Source of the DNA: Macrostomum lignano
Lineage: Eukaryota
Direction of reading: 5' to 3'
NCBI GenBank assembly: GCA_002269645.1
Contig: NIVC01000225.1
Span: 288,416-352,415, forward strand
DNA: 64,000 nucleotides
In this document: one piece after another, positions 15,646 to 27,328 of the stretch
Layout: each line of letters begins with the position of its first letter
Position numbering within the stretch: position 1 is the first letter of the stretch
The notes under the pieces: model-generated
Databases searched by the model: none
What the model saw: the letters and a program-made list of their open reading frames with translations, nothing else
What the model was told of the DNA's origin: nothing
Translations under genes and position numbers: made by a program

Positions 15646-17395
15646 TTTTGTAGCATAACATAGGGTGACTATGTGTTTGTAGCTCTGAAACAAAATTATT
15701 GATTTCCATAACGGGTCAACAACGTGGGGTGGGGGTGGGAGGGGGACAAAAGCATCGGCTGAGGACATGTCCCACCTGTCCCCCCCCCGGTGGCGACGCC
15801 CCTGACAAAGGGACAACTAGTTATGCAAGCAACGCCTCAAACTGAAAAGGGAACGACAGTCATGCAGTCACACTAGATCGCAACAGTAATCAGTAGCGAG
15901 GAGTGCGAAAAATGTCGACTCGCATGGCGGGTGGCATGCACTTTTGACTGTTGTTGAATATACTCTGAAATTCGTCATATTTTTTGTCTCCACAATTAAT
16001 TTTTTAACATTGAAAAATCTGTGAAGTAATTGTATTGCTTAATTTTTCTGTGTTTCACTAATTGGCCAGTTGTAATTGTCTCTTACATAATTGACATCGA
16101 TCTTTAGAAGTGAAGATTCGATTAATTGAAGTGATTTCTAATAATTAAAAAGTGCTTTCGTATAAAAACTTGTTTCACATCAGCTCCGTACAGTCTTTTG
16201 TTAGGTTGTAAACAAAGGTTGAGGCCATAGACTACACCAAGTCTATGATTCTGTGGCAGTAGTTGCTGCTCCGGTGAACGGAGATTCTCTATTTGATCGG
16301 CTTGACTATCAATTTAGTTGACAGAAACTGTAGCAGTTTAGAACACAGATACTATAACCCTAGATATTCGGCGCAGTTCGGCGCAGCAGTGCCTTGCGTC
16401 AAAATTCATTTTTGGAGCAACTAGCAATTTTTCTTGCCATGCGCACGCTGACGCTCACCCAAAGAGTAGACACTTTTTTGAGCCATAGACTGTAACACAA
16501 AAAATGGCTTTAACTCAATGCAGAGTGAAATATCTAGTGTTTTATTATCTGTGATTTAGAAGCATTTTATTTTACCAAGATACTTTTTATCTCGCGATTA
16601 AACAACATACATTATGCAGTCTGAGGTTGTAAGCAGAAAAACGTTTATTCGAATATTTTCAACTTGGAGATTTCACATCTACATGTAAATGGGCTAGCTG
16701 TGAATACTTTAAAAGTTTCGCTAAAGTGCTCGGTTTTTCACCCGAAGTCCTAATAAGCTAATTTTGACAGCTAGTAAGCTAATCAACTTCACTTTTTAAC
16801 TCGACGTTGCATTTACAAAGTTGATTTGGAATCTGCTTATCAGTATTTTCTTAAATCTTAAAATCTGACGCGTGAAAATTTGGCTGTTACACTTGTATGA
16901 ATTTTAAGGCGTTCTACATGTAGGCTAGTGCGAGCGTACAAGAGAAAGTGGTGACTCGTATCTTTTAGCTAAAAATAGTATATCAAATGACTAAATTAGT
17001 CATAAGCGCTTTTTCCGACACTTCTTGCAATAAAGTTGATCCTAACTCACAAAATCGCCAGATCTGATTTCGCGGTCGTGGCGTTTTGGTGTGTAAATTT
17101 ATATTTAAATGTACGTGTTTATGTTTAACCAACGTAAATATTGTAGTTATCATGAACTTGTTCGAATTGTGATTATTACAGTCTATTTAGGGTTTCTAAA
17201 ATCGAAGTTCCACTATTCACACGTAAATATTGAAGTCTGCGGGATTGCAGTGTATAACATTTTCAAATACATGCTACATGCATGTACAACTAACGTAAGT
17301 AGCGAGTGTAGAAAATTGTGTGAATCTTAAGCCGTGTCATAAGATTTAGCATCTGCGCTATAGTCAGAGTTACGCATTTTGTTACCAAATAAGGT

Positions 17396-18157
17396 CTAGA
17401 ATGGTGACAGACACTTGCAAAGAACGCCATTAACATCGCTAGAGTCTTCCGTGACATCAAAGATCCCCATTGAATATTGTATAGCGGTGTAATCCTCGTT
17501 GGAGAGAAAGTCGTTCGGCTGTCCGGTGTTCCAGTAGGCTGGGTTGAGGCGAGTTGAGTTGGAGTTGGTATAACTGCAGCTGGCCCAATAAAATAACTCT
17601 TTACCGGGCTCTGGGCTGTCAGAAACCTGTACGCCAGATACGAAAAAATATGACGACTCTTTGCCAAGCCGATTGACGCAATTCAGCTCCGATTCGCTAG
17701 TTATATCCGCCATGATAACTAAACCGAAGTCCGTGTTGCACTTTTGCTGACCTAATTTCCAACTAGCCGGCGACATATCGTAGATTCGATATCGCTGGTC
17801 GCATAAGGTGAGTAGAAATTGCGACTCGGGGGTTACATAGTCGGCGGGACACAGCTGGCCGGGCGGGAGACCAGACTGCTGTCTCAGGAAAACGGTCATC
17901 TTCGCGACAGAGCACGAGCACATTCGGACGGCTTTGCTGCACTTGTCGAACACGAACAGTTGACAGTAGACGGGACAATTCGTCGAGTCCAGCTGCTGCC
18001 GGAATGTCCAAGCCTGACAGTTGGGATTCTTGGCGCACGCGAAGGTGCATTCGGCGCTTATCTTCGCGCAAAATTTCTGCACATACTGACAATAGCGACT
18101 GTTTCTAAGACTGCAAGCTATAGTTTCCGTGAGGAGTGAGGACTCAGAGCCGGACAT
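17396..18157 (-). CDS. PAN/apple + C-type lectin domain protein
   Basis: 253-aa ORF: CAKISAECTFACAKNPNCQAWTF (PAN-like), then CTLD with SW..GQQKC, MADITSESE, YWNTGQPNDF and GVLCKC. No signal peptide in this ORF, so a 5' exon may be missing. Confidence 0.8.
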   Translation of the reverse strand: MSGSESSLLTETIACSLRNSRYCQYVQKFCAKISAECTFACAKNPNCQAWTFRQQLDSTNCPVYCQLFVFDKCSKAVRMCSCSVAKMTVFLRQQSGLPPGQLCPADYVTPESQFLLTLCDQRYRIYDMSPASWKLGQQKCNTDFGLVIMADITSESELNCVNRLGKESSYFFVSGVQVSDSPEPGKELFYWASCSYTNSNSTRLNPAYWNTGQPNDFLSNEDYTAIQYSMGIFDVTEDSSDVNGVLCKCLSPF

Positions 18158-19056
18158 TTATAACCGCATGTGCCAATCTGCTGTAAAGCAAACGCCATTT
18201 CTTCCAGATTTTTGTCTTTGTATTTGACGATTTACTTTGAAAGTCAAACAAAAGATTGACAGCTGGATGAGAATTATAATGGGGTAATGCTGTCTATCCG
18301 CAAAGCTTTGCAGGAAATCACAGGCGACTTTTCTTTCACTTTTTAGCAGTGTGATGACAATGTTTGCCTTGACATGACGGGAATAAGTTTTTTTCGAGCA
18401 AACTTGCGAGAAATTTGTTTGGCTTTGCTAGAATCACGTAGAGGTGACATATGTTTTTGCATAGAGATGGCGTAGCTTTTTGGGCGACTACCATCATATT
18501 ATACCAGCCGTTAAGGTTGTTAACGAGAAGCGAAGTTTAATATAACGATTTGTTTACGGCTGTAGCACCCCAACAACTATACTTTGTCAACACGGCTACT
18601 GCTACTGGTACTGGTGCTGGAGCCTTAAAGACGCCATTGTTACCATCCAATACGGAATTCACAACGGGATGAAATACGTCGTAGTAAGAAAGCACGCTTT
18701 GGACACCCTGGACCCTGGAAAACTGGGTACCCTGGACACCAATAATAACAACAAAATACGTTGTCAGCCACTCACAAGCGTATTAAGAGAGGCAAAGACA
18801 ATGTCACAGGGCGCTTTTCAGGGCCTGGGCGCGAACATAGGCCGCACCGCTGGCAGTATCCGGGGCGTCAGCATCAGCATTGTTCCGCAGTGGCGAAGTT
18901 GACACATGTTAACCAATAGACTAATTGATTGAACTAAATTGACCAATTAGCACCAGTGGACACCGGATGTTCACAGATTCACTATCCTAGTTATCACAAA
19001 TGTCCACCGCAAGCCATTTTGAATGGGTTGACGCTTAAATTAGCTCGTACAATGGT

Positions 19057-19336
19057 ATTAATAACAATTATTATTAATAATTAATTATTGATTATACCTG
19101 CTCCGATTGGGCCAGGTGTGCAACCGACAGCTCAGCCGCAGCTATTGCGCGGCGCATCTGAAGGCTGCCGTCAATTACCCCAGCTAATATAATGCTGGCA
19201 CCCATTTTACAGCTGGGTGAACTGAAGCAATGCAGAGTTAAGTGTCTTGCTCAAGGACACCAATTTTTCCAGTGGGATCGGAAACCGAACCCCCGATCTT
19301 CAAGTCTTGAGTCCGACGCTTTAACCACTAGGCTAA
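19057..19336 (-). mobile_element. tRNA-derived SINE copy with internal deletion
   Basis: Reverse complement of the 14499 element; lacks the segment between aaggctgc and tcaattacccc. Confidence 0.9.
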
Positions 19337-19631
19337 AAATGCTAATAAGTTTACCGACTTAACACGCAGCTTATTTAACTACTCTAAAATATTATCTTCT
19401 TAGTAAGGTACTCTTTTCTACGATCTTTCTTGTTAAAAAAGAAAAAAGTTAAGAATGCCTTTAGAATATTTCACTATTCGAAGAAAATGCTTAAAGTTCA
19501 ATAAGCCGAGTACGGTAGACAATCGGGCTGATTGGAATTAATGATGTATTTAATTTTTATTAAATTTTCGCTCAAATCAACGCAAATGATAACCATTATA
19601 ACTAGAGGTCTACCGCATCATAAAACTACTT

Positions 19632-21967
19632 TTAAGAAGCTGCCACGGCTTTGCTTGACGCTGATTTTCTAGGCCGACTGGTTCCGACAGTCTTTTTCCG
19701 ACCTGCAATACGAGCAAAAAACTAGCATGTTAGGCGGAATAGAAATATGAGAGGTGAGATCAGACTTTAACAGCTATGACTCGTGTGTTATCCACTGTTG
19801 ACATCATTTTAATTTTGGTTCTCTTGGTTTGGCTAAGATGTACAAAACAGAGACTGCGATTAAGTTTTCCTGCCTACGCTTGTAAGATATCAACAGCCCC
19901 CATTTTGAGCCGTGGCATCTCAGCAACTCCCCAATACGGCATCTCAGCAACTCCCCAAGACGGCATCTCAGCAACTCCCCATTGAGCCATAGCAAAATCC
20001 AAAACAACCGCATGCATCTAGCAAACAAGGGGTCTCCCATTGCTTCTAGTTCAGATAGACATGTACGGCAAGAACAATAAGCACTCACCAGTCATGGGCA
20101 CCAACTGATCCAACGAGTAAGCCACCCGTAGTTTGTCCTCGCCAGCAAGCTTGGCAGATCCACGCAACAGTTGAATCCGCGCAGCCGAAGCGGCAGTCGC
20201 CGTCTCAAAGTTAATTAACGCCAAACGACCATCTGAGGCCATACTAAGGCGTTTTGCTTTCAATCCATTATCGGCTAGAAACTTTAGCAGAGTGGATTTC
20301 TTTGTGCCCTGCAGTAAGTTGGCTACAATCAGTCTGGATTTCGTTCCACTCCGTTGCATTTCGCTATCATTTGATGAAGCCACCTTCCGGTGCCCGTAGG
20401 TCACCGTGGGCCAGTCGGGGTCCTCGGCAGCGGCTGGCCAAGCGGCCAAATCTGCTGCGCAAGCGGCTTCGGTCTCGTAGGCGGCCACGGCAACACCGGA
20501 GCCGCGACGCTCCAATTTGGTGCAGCGGGGCAGGGCGAGCAGCAGGCGGGAGTCGGTCATGGCTTTGTTGACGCCTGTCAGCACCAGGGTGCGCCTGTCA
20601 ACCTGTGTCGGGAATGACATTGTGGGCGGCAGGTTTTATAAAATTACTGAAAGCTCATAAAGAATTGTATATGGGGTTGTAGCCTAGTGGTCACGACTTG
20701 AAGGTCGGGGGTTCGTTTCCCGATCCTACTCGGAACAATTTGTGTCCTTGAGCAAGACACTTAACTCTGCATTGCTTTAGTTCACCCCAGCTGTAAAATG
20801 GGTGCCAGCATTAGCTGGGGTAATTGAGGCTGTGTGTGGCGACCCCCCCCCCCTCCCAGTCCTTGGACTGTACAGCCGTGCACAGCCTTCAGATGCGCCG
20901 CGCAATAGCTGCGGCTGAGCTGTCGGTTGCACATCTGCCCAATAAGGCAGGTGTAATCAATTATAATTATTACTATTACTACAATACCTAACGCCAAAAC
21001 CTGCAGTTCTGAAGCTTTATTTGCAACTTATCTAAATAAGACACAATTGAGACTCTTGAAAACACTTTCTACAAGCAGAAAGTCACAGATTGACACAGAG
21101 AGTACTTCACAGCCAAATTTAGACACTTGAGCATTAAAATAAGCACTAACCAGATGCTTAGGCTTCGGTTTGCCAGGAATTTTCTCCAGCATCCACGAAG
21201 TCTTGCCGCCGCCAACAACGGCGCCCTGACAGCTGAGCACGGCGTCTAAAGCTTGACGCGCATCGGCAAAGGTGATTACTGCGACGTTTGGCGCGTGTCG
21301 TCCCCTACCAGCGCCGGCGCCAGCTTCCGGGAAGCGAACTCGCTGAGCGCCCGGGGCCAGCTCCAACAGCTGACTAGCGGCGATGCGACCCTCCAGAGAG
21401 GAGACAACAACGCGGCGAGTATTGTACTGGCTGGCAGATATGGAGTCCGGCTGAACCGGCGGAATTGAGGTCGCGAGTTCGCGCGCTCCGCCTAGAGCTC
21501 GACTGCCCTGTTATTGGGTTTGGTTGAATAAGGCATCCTGAATAGTTAACGCTGGTACTAAGACGTTTCAACTAATAGACAATTCCTGAGAAAAACTGTA
21601 TAAAAATACATTAAGAATTTTTCTACTAACAGTAGTATTATTTGACATTTTGACAGACCAATAGCAGGGAAGTGTACTAACTTGTACTAAGTCTACTACA
21701 AAAACAAGTTCAAGAAACTGTGTGGATTACCAATTATTATTAGCCAAATGAAATGATGGAGCCCAAATGTGAACTGAAGCAATGCAGGCAGAGATAAGTG
21801 TTTTGCTAAAAGATACAATTTTTTATTTATCGTATCTCCATAGTGCTTTCAGGAAATTTCGTTTTTGACGCATGATATATATAGGGTTTTGCATCGCTTC
21901 TTATAGATAAAAAAACTGAAGTTGAAGCTTGAAGTTAGCCAGAAGCTACACAATTCAGTTGAATCCG

Positions 21968-21998
<31 letters not shown>

Positions 21999-23223
21999 CT
22001 GCAGAACAGCCGCATGCTTCGCAGCAATCTCTGGATTGGCAAATTCGAGAAAAGCGACACCTTTATGGCGACACCGAGCCCGGTTCCACGGCAGCCGGGC
22101 GGCCACAGCCGACGGGCACAGGGCGTACAGGTCAGCTAGTCGGCAGCGATTCGGTAGCGGACGAATTCGCACTGTGCTGCGAAGTCGGCGAGTCACGCAG
22201 TCAACAATGGCCTTATCTAGACTCGAATTGTCAACTGACTCAGCTTGATTCGTAGCTGCTGGCAATGCTGCGGCGACAGGCTGCTATGGAAATCAATCGA
22301 AATTGAACAGTTTTCAGGCCTTGAATAATGATCGGCTGTCACGAGTGGCTGAGATCGCTCAATATTCTATGGCCTAAACAAGTCCCGCGATCATTGCGCA
22401 CCCTTAGAATTGTCTCAAAGGATTGGCCAGAGACAATTTTAGAGCTTGGATAGAAAGACTAAAGTGAAGAGTTAGAGGCTATACGGTCGACCATAAGGCA
22501 GGGCCTTAAGGCAGGTTTTCTAAGGCAGGGCCAGATTATACGCATATTTTATATTTACATGTATGTACGAACATATTCTCAATTGCCTAGTGTATTTATC
22601 GTCACTTCTGTTTTGTCTATGGTTGAAATGCGCGTTGGAAGCCTGGAATAATGGCGTTCCTTGGACAATAATTAAGGCTTGGGTAGGCCATGTCTTGTGC
22701 CTAAAACCATTAAAAAATGGCACAGCTTGGCTCATTGGCTTTATGAATCTATTATCATTCTTAGCTAAGTGCGTAACAAAATGTTTGACAGAGATGATAA
22801 AAAAGTTTAACAAAACCAAAGAGTCGAGCTGTGCCATGCGTTTTTATGATTTTTAGATACAAGAAATTTACATAGATAAAAATTGGGTCTGCCACCAATC
22901 GAAATCAATAAAAATTTTTGGGCTAAAAAGGAAAACTTTCTATCTCCATAGTGTATTTTTTGGCAAAAACCTGCCTCTAAAACTTTTTTTTACAAGAAAC
23001 AAGGTTTCCCATTTTTCTAATTAATTTGTCCTTGATTTAGCATGAATCTTGAATCCATAAAAGCAGATGTTATATTCACTATTGAATCTTACAAAGCTTT
23101 GACAAACATAAGTGTTGTTTAAAGAATTCAAATATAAGTTAATAAGGAATTATAAAATAAGTAGAATTAGCTCACCTTTGTCTTTGGAGATGCAAGCTTT
23201 CTTTTCTTTGCCACTACCTTCAT
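19632..23223 (-). CDS. Multi-RRM (4 RRM) nucleolin-like RNA-binding protein (~425 aa)
   Basis: Exons 23223-23176 (MKVVAKKRKLASPKTK), 22283-21999 (RNP1 KGVAFLEF), 21507-21151 (RRVVVSSL...VAVITF), 20602-20089 (RRTLVLTGV; SRLIVANL...LALINFET) and 19702-19632 (GRKKTVG...AS*). Phases 0,0,0,1 match. The last exon is the least certain. Confidence 0.75.
19905..19982. repeat. 24-bp repeat x3
   Basis: ggcatctcagcaactcccc occurs three times. Confidence 0.85.
20673..20980 (+). mobile_element. tRNA-derived SINE copy with short head deletion, in nucleolin-like intron
   Basis: Same body as the 14499 copy; the head reads tagtggtcacgacttg, missing the aagcgtcggactc segment. Confidence 0.9.
21968..21994. repeat. 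(CA)n microsatellite abutting a minus-strand splice donor
   Basis: On the minus strand the donor gtgagt runs directly into (gt)n. Confidence 0.9.
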
Positions 23224-26200
23224 ATTTGCTGCTATAAGCTTTTGATAAAGCACTGAAAAGATTAATAATTAAACCAACTGTCAAAAATTTGAAACCTCTT
23301 AAAGATAATCAGATAAGATAAACCAATCATTATTAATGTTGGTGAGCATAAAATAAACAGTTCTATATTAACTGCATATAATACACTGAAACTAAATTCT
23401 ATTACTATACATGACAGATAATGTAAAAGTTTCTAAGACTAGAGTTTAATAACACTTTGATTTCAATTGCTTTTAGTGATTATATATTAGGTTAGATTAT
23501 TGAAATCTGATGCAACACAAATTGGCTGAAAAATAGCTAAGAATATTAATATTCTATAGACTCTAGGCTTTCATCTCTGGTACAAGATATATCTTAAGTA
23601 TAATAGATTCTGAGATATATACAAATGGAAATATGATGCAAATTATGCACAATTTATTATAAGTAGTTTACAATTTAAACAATTAAACAAAAACAAACAT
23701 TTTAAAAACATTTTTTGTTTTTAAGGTATATAAAATGATAGTAATAGTACTATACTTTGGGCTAAGCTTTAGAGTACACACTAAGTATCATTGAAAAATA
23801 AGCCCATCATTGAAGTAGCAGCCTGGCCCTCTCAAATAGTTCTCCTATACATTAATTTGCTAACTATATTTGTGCATTATAGTTTCTTTAACAATATAAT
23901 CAAATTGCTATATTTACCTTTATCATTTATAAATAAAGTAAGCATTATTTTGACTTATTAATAAAACATTTTTTAGTTACATAAATATTAGGCTATGATA
24001 TTTTGTTTAAATAGATTATTTTTTGTTTTTGTTATACCCAGGACAACTTAATTAAATGCAAAGAAATATTTTTTCAATTTTTTGCTTTTGTTGCTTTGTA
24101 ATAATTTTTCTAGCATACTTCCCTCCCTTAAATGACTATAAATAAAAGCAATTTAAGTTTTGCTTATTATCTTACCAATTCAGTTTAACAACTTTAAAAA
24201 AAGTAAACCTTTTAACTTAATTATTATTAATGAAAGAAAGCCCAATTAATAGCAAAAAAAGAAAATTGACACTTAGAAAATAGTAAAAAATGTGATAGGG
24301 GGTATTCTTCTATCTTTATGAATGATCCCATTGCTATCACCAGGACACCAGCCATGATAAAGGTCTTGTGTGCAATAAAAAATTCTACTGTTAAGCCACT
24401 AGCTATGATAGGGTTGCTTTTCTAATTCCTTTTATTGAATATCCTAAAGCTGCCATTCTAATTGTTCTAAGATTTTATTTCTTTCTATAAAATATACTAA
24501 ATACTAGTAGCTGCTACTAAGACTATTCTATTATGAAATTGTATTTCCTAGAATAAGTCTAAGAATATTTCTTAGAATAAGTCTAATTATATATTTGAGT
24601 ATTTGTCTAAGTATTTTATCTTAGCTTGGATCTGAGTATTTGCCTAAGTATTATTATTAGAATACAAGTAGTATTCTTATCATTATTCTAAAGTAATTAT
24701 TATTATTTTGGTAGCGTTTAGTGTTAATTTGGCCTGAGTGGTATATTGGTCTATTGGTATATATACTTTATGTATTTCCAATCCTGGGCATTACTAAGAT
24801 CAGGGGGTCACAGCCTCTATAGTTTTTTATGTATTGCTAGGATCTACTTTATCTTTTTCTACTGCTTTTATATCTTATGAGTATTACTATATATGCTCTC
24901 TGCCACTTCACTTCTTTTTTGCAAATGAATAACTTGGAAAATAGCTTTACTTATATTTGCTTAAGAACACTTCTTTCAATTTCCTAACTATATTATATTG
25001 TATAAATTTTGAGGCAAGTTGGTCTTCCATTGCCAAAACTTGCTTCAATTTATATCTATATTTTTATATCATTTTACACAAATAATTTAACTGTCAAAAT
25101 ATTTTGGAAAAAACATACAGTATAACAAAAAGTGTTTTTTTAGATTTGCGCAGATTTGAATCTTTAATGTAATAGTTTTGTAGAATAACTATATAAAAAG
25201 AAAGAGGCCTACCTTAGAAATATGAAATAACCATTAAAGGACAGCAAAAGAAGGGAAAGTGGTTGGCCTATTAGGCAACTCCAGTCTACAGATAGTCTAA
25301 ATTTGGAATTTTGGACTACATTATAGAATAGGCCTAGGCCCCTAGTAATAAAAATATTAGGGATTTAGTTTAGTGTCTTACCACTTAGGTATTGCTAAAG
25401 TTGGGCATGCAAGTGGTGCACATAGTGCACAGGTAGCAACAGAGCATCTACCTAAAATTTAGGCCTATTCTGGCACACTTGTGTTACCTGCCTGATTAGG
25501 CCTGAGCTAAGGATACATTGTCTAGAATATTCTGGCATTCTTTCGGATGACGATCACCTGAAAAGTGACGATCACCAATGTAAAAGTTCTGGGTAATTGA
25601 AATTAGTAATTGAAATTCTAAAATGGGCCCTATAACCCTATAATAATATCTTCACTAGATATTCTGGCATATATCTAGCCATAGGCATAAAAATTTTGGC
25701 ACCTAAAAGCTTTTTTCAAAACTTTGGTTCATAGAAATGGTGCACAATATTTTTATTACAAGATATAAAAATAACTTGGTGAAGGGCGGCCTAATAACAT
25801 ACAAAAAATGGTGCACAACGTAGGGCAGTAGAAAAGTAGGCCTAGCCTAATTATTGTTTATGCCAAGGCCTATGGCTACTGCAAAGTCTATTGCTTAGGT
25901 GAGTAGGGCCTAGGTCTAGTTAATTATGATTATGAATCAAGCCTTAGCCTAGAATAATATTTTGCATGAGCATTAAGATTAGTTAGCTTAAAAATCACTG
26001 CAGGTGCACGTGATATTTTAAAGTAACGGCGCCCTCTGATTCCCACTAACGCCCTTAAAGCACTCGTAGGTCTAGTGCGTAAAACTATATGTTCTAAGAA
26101 AATTTTCTTTAAAGCCGCTTGGCAATAATTATTCAATAAAATTATGTAGTGATAAATAGCTGAATAGATATGAAAGACTGCTAAAACAGAGACACATAAT

Positions 26201-26306
26201 TAGTTATCTCTGTTATTAGCATTACTATCAGAGTCAGAGATGCAACTTAATTAGTTTCGTTTATTGCTAAGAGATCGAAGATGCCGATCATAAGATGCAT
26301 TTTCAC

Positions 26307-27010
26307 GGGAACCAGTTAATTCGGCGACAGGTTAACTCGGCGACAGCCAATTCGGCGACAAGTCAATTCGGCGACAGTCAGTTCAGCGACAGGCTTTTTA
26401 CCGGTTTTAAATGTCAAACGTATTTCAGTAAAACAAATGTTGAGATACAAGTACAAGAATTTCCCTCTTGAAAAGCCGCCAGCAAATCGCTGGCGATCGG
26501 TAGCAATTTAGTAACGATTTTTTCTTGACAAATGTTGCGAACCAACCTAGTATATACGTGACGTACCGTAACTAACACCGTAAGAATTATTATTTATTAT
26601 ATTAACCCCAATGGTAGTATAGTAAATATAAAATATAATAATAATCCTAAATAACCAACCATCAAACTATTTAAGCCCACTATGTTGGGTCAGGTGGGAA
26701 AATGGCATACATGGCCATGTATCCCCCCAGCATACGCCATGCCTAATGTCTCTGTGGAAAGCATAAAATGTTATACACTTTTTTGAAAATGTGCGATTTG
26801 ACATAGTTAAAACAATTTTTCTATAATAAATGGTCAGGGGCGAATGGCTATGCGTATACATATGTAAAATTTAACGAGTTTTAGTAGCTTTATGTAATGA
26901 TCCGCCTTAATTCGCCTTAATTAGCATTCGCCGAATTGGCTGTCGCCGAACTGACTTGTCGCCGAATCGGTTGTCGCCGAATTGGCTTGTCGCCGAATTG
27001 ACTGGAAGCC
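26307..27010. mobile_element. Foldback-type MITE with inverted subterminal tandem repeats
   Basis: Left end has 5 copies of aattcggcgaca (26307-26391); right end has 5 inverted copies tgtcgccgaatt (26926-27010). Termini ccagtYaattcggcgaca are inverted. No clean TSD. Confidence 0.8.
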
Positions 27011-27328
27011 AATTTTCCAATTTTGCCAATTTTCACTACATAGCTACACAACTGATCGAAACGATCGTACTGAACATAAATTAGATCACGACATCCACAA
27101 AAACTTCGGCCTACAAGTAAAAAAATAAGTTTGCTACAATTACAATGTGTTAAATGTGCATATGCATTCCAAGGACTACACATCTTAAGGAGGCCATGGT
27201 TTTCGCCAAAAAACACACTACGGAGAAAGAAGTTTTTTTCTGATGAAAATTGTTTCGTGTCGTTTATCACAATTATAAACAGGTGAATCTCTTTATTAAG
27301 CCTACACAATCGACCCGCGGTTCTCCTG

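Noticed and set aside
14813-15816. Four long repetitive ORFs (257-306 aa)
   Set aside because: They are translations of a stop-free 21-bp minisatellite on both strands, with no unique coding flanks.
18540-18905. GC-richer patch with short ORFs between the lectin gene and a SINE
   Set aside because: No convincing start or domain; noted only as a possible leader exon of the lectin gene.
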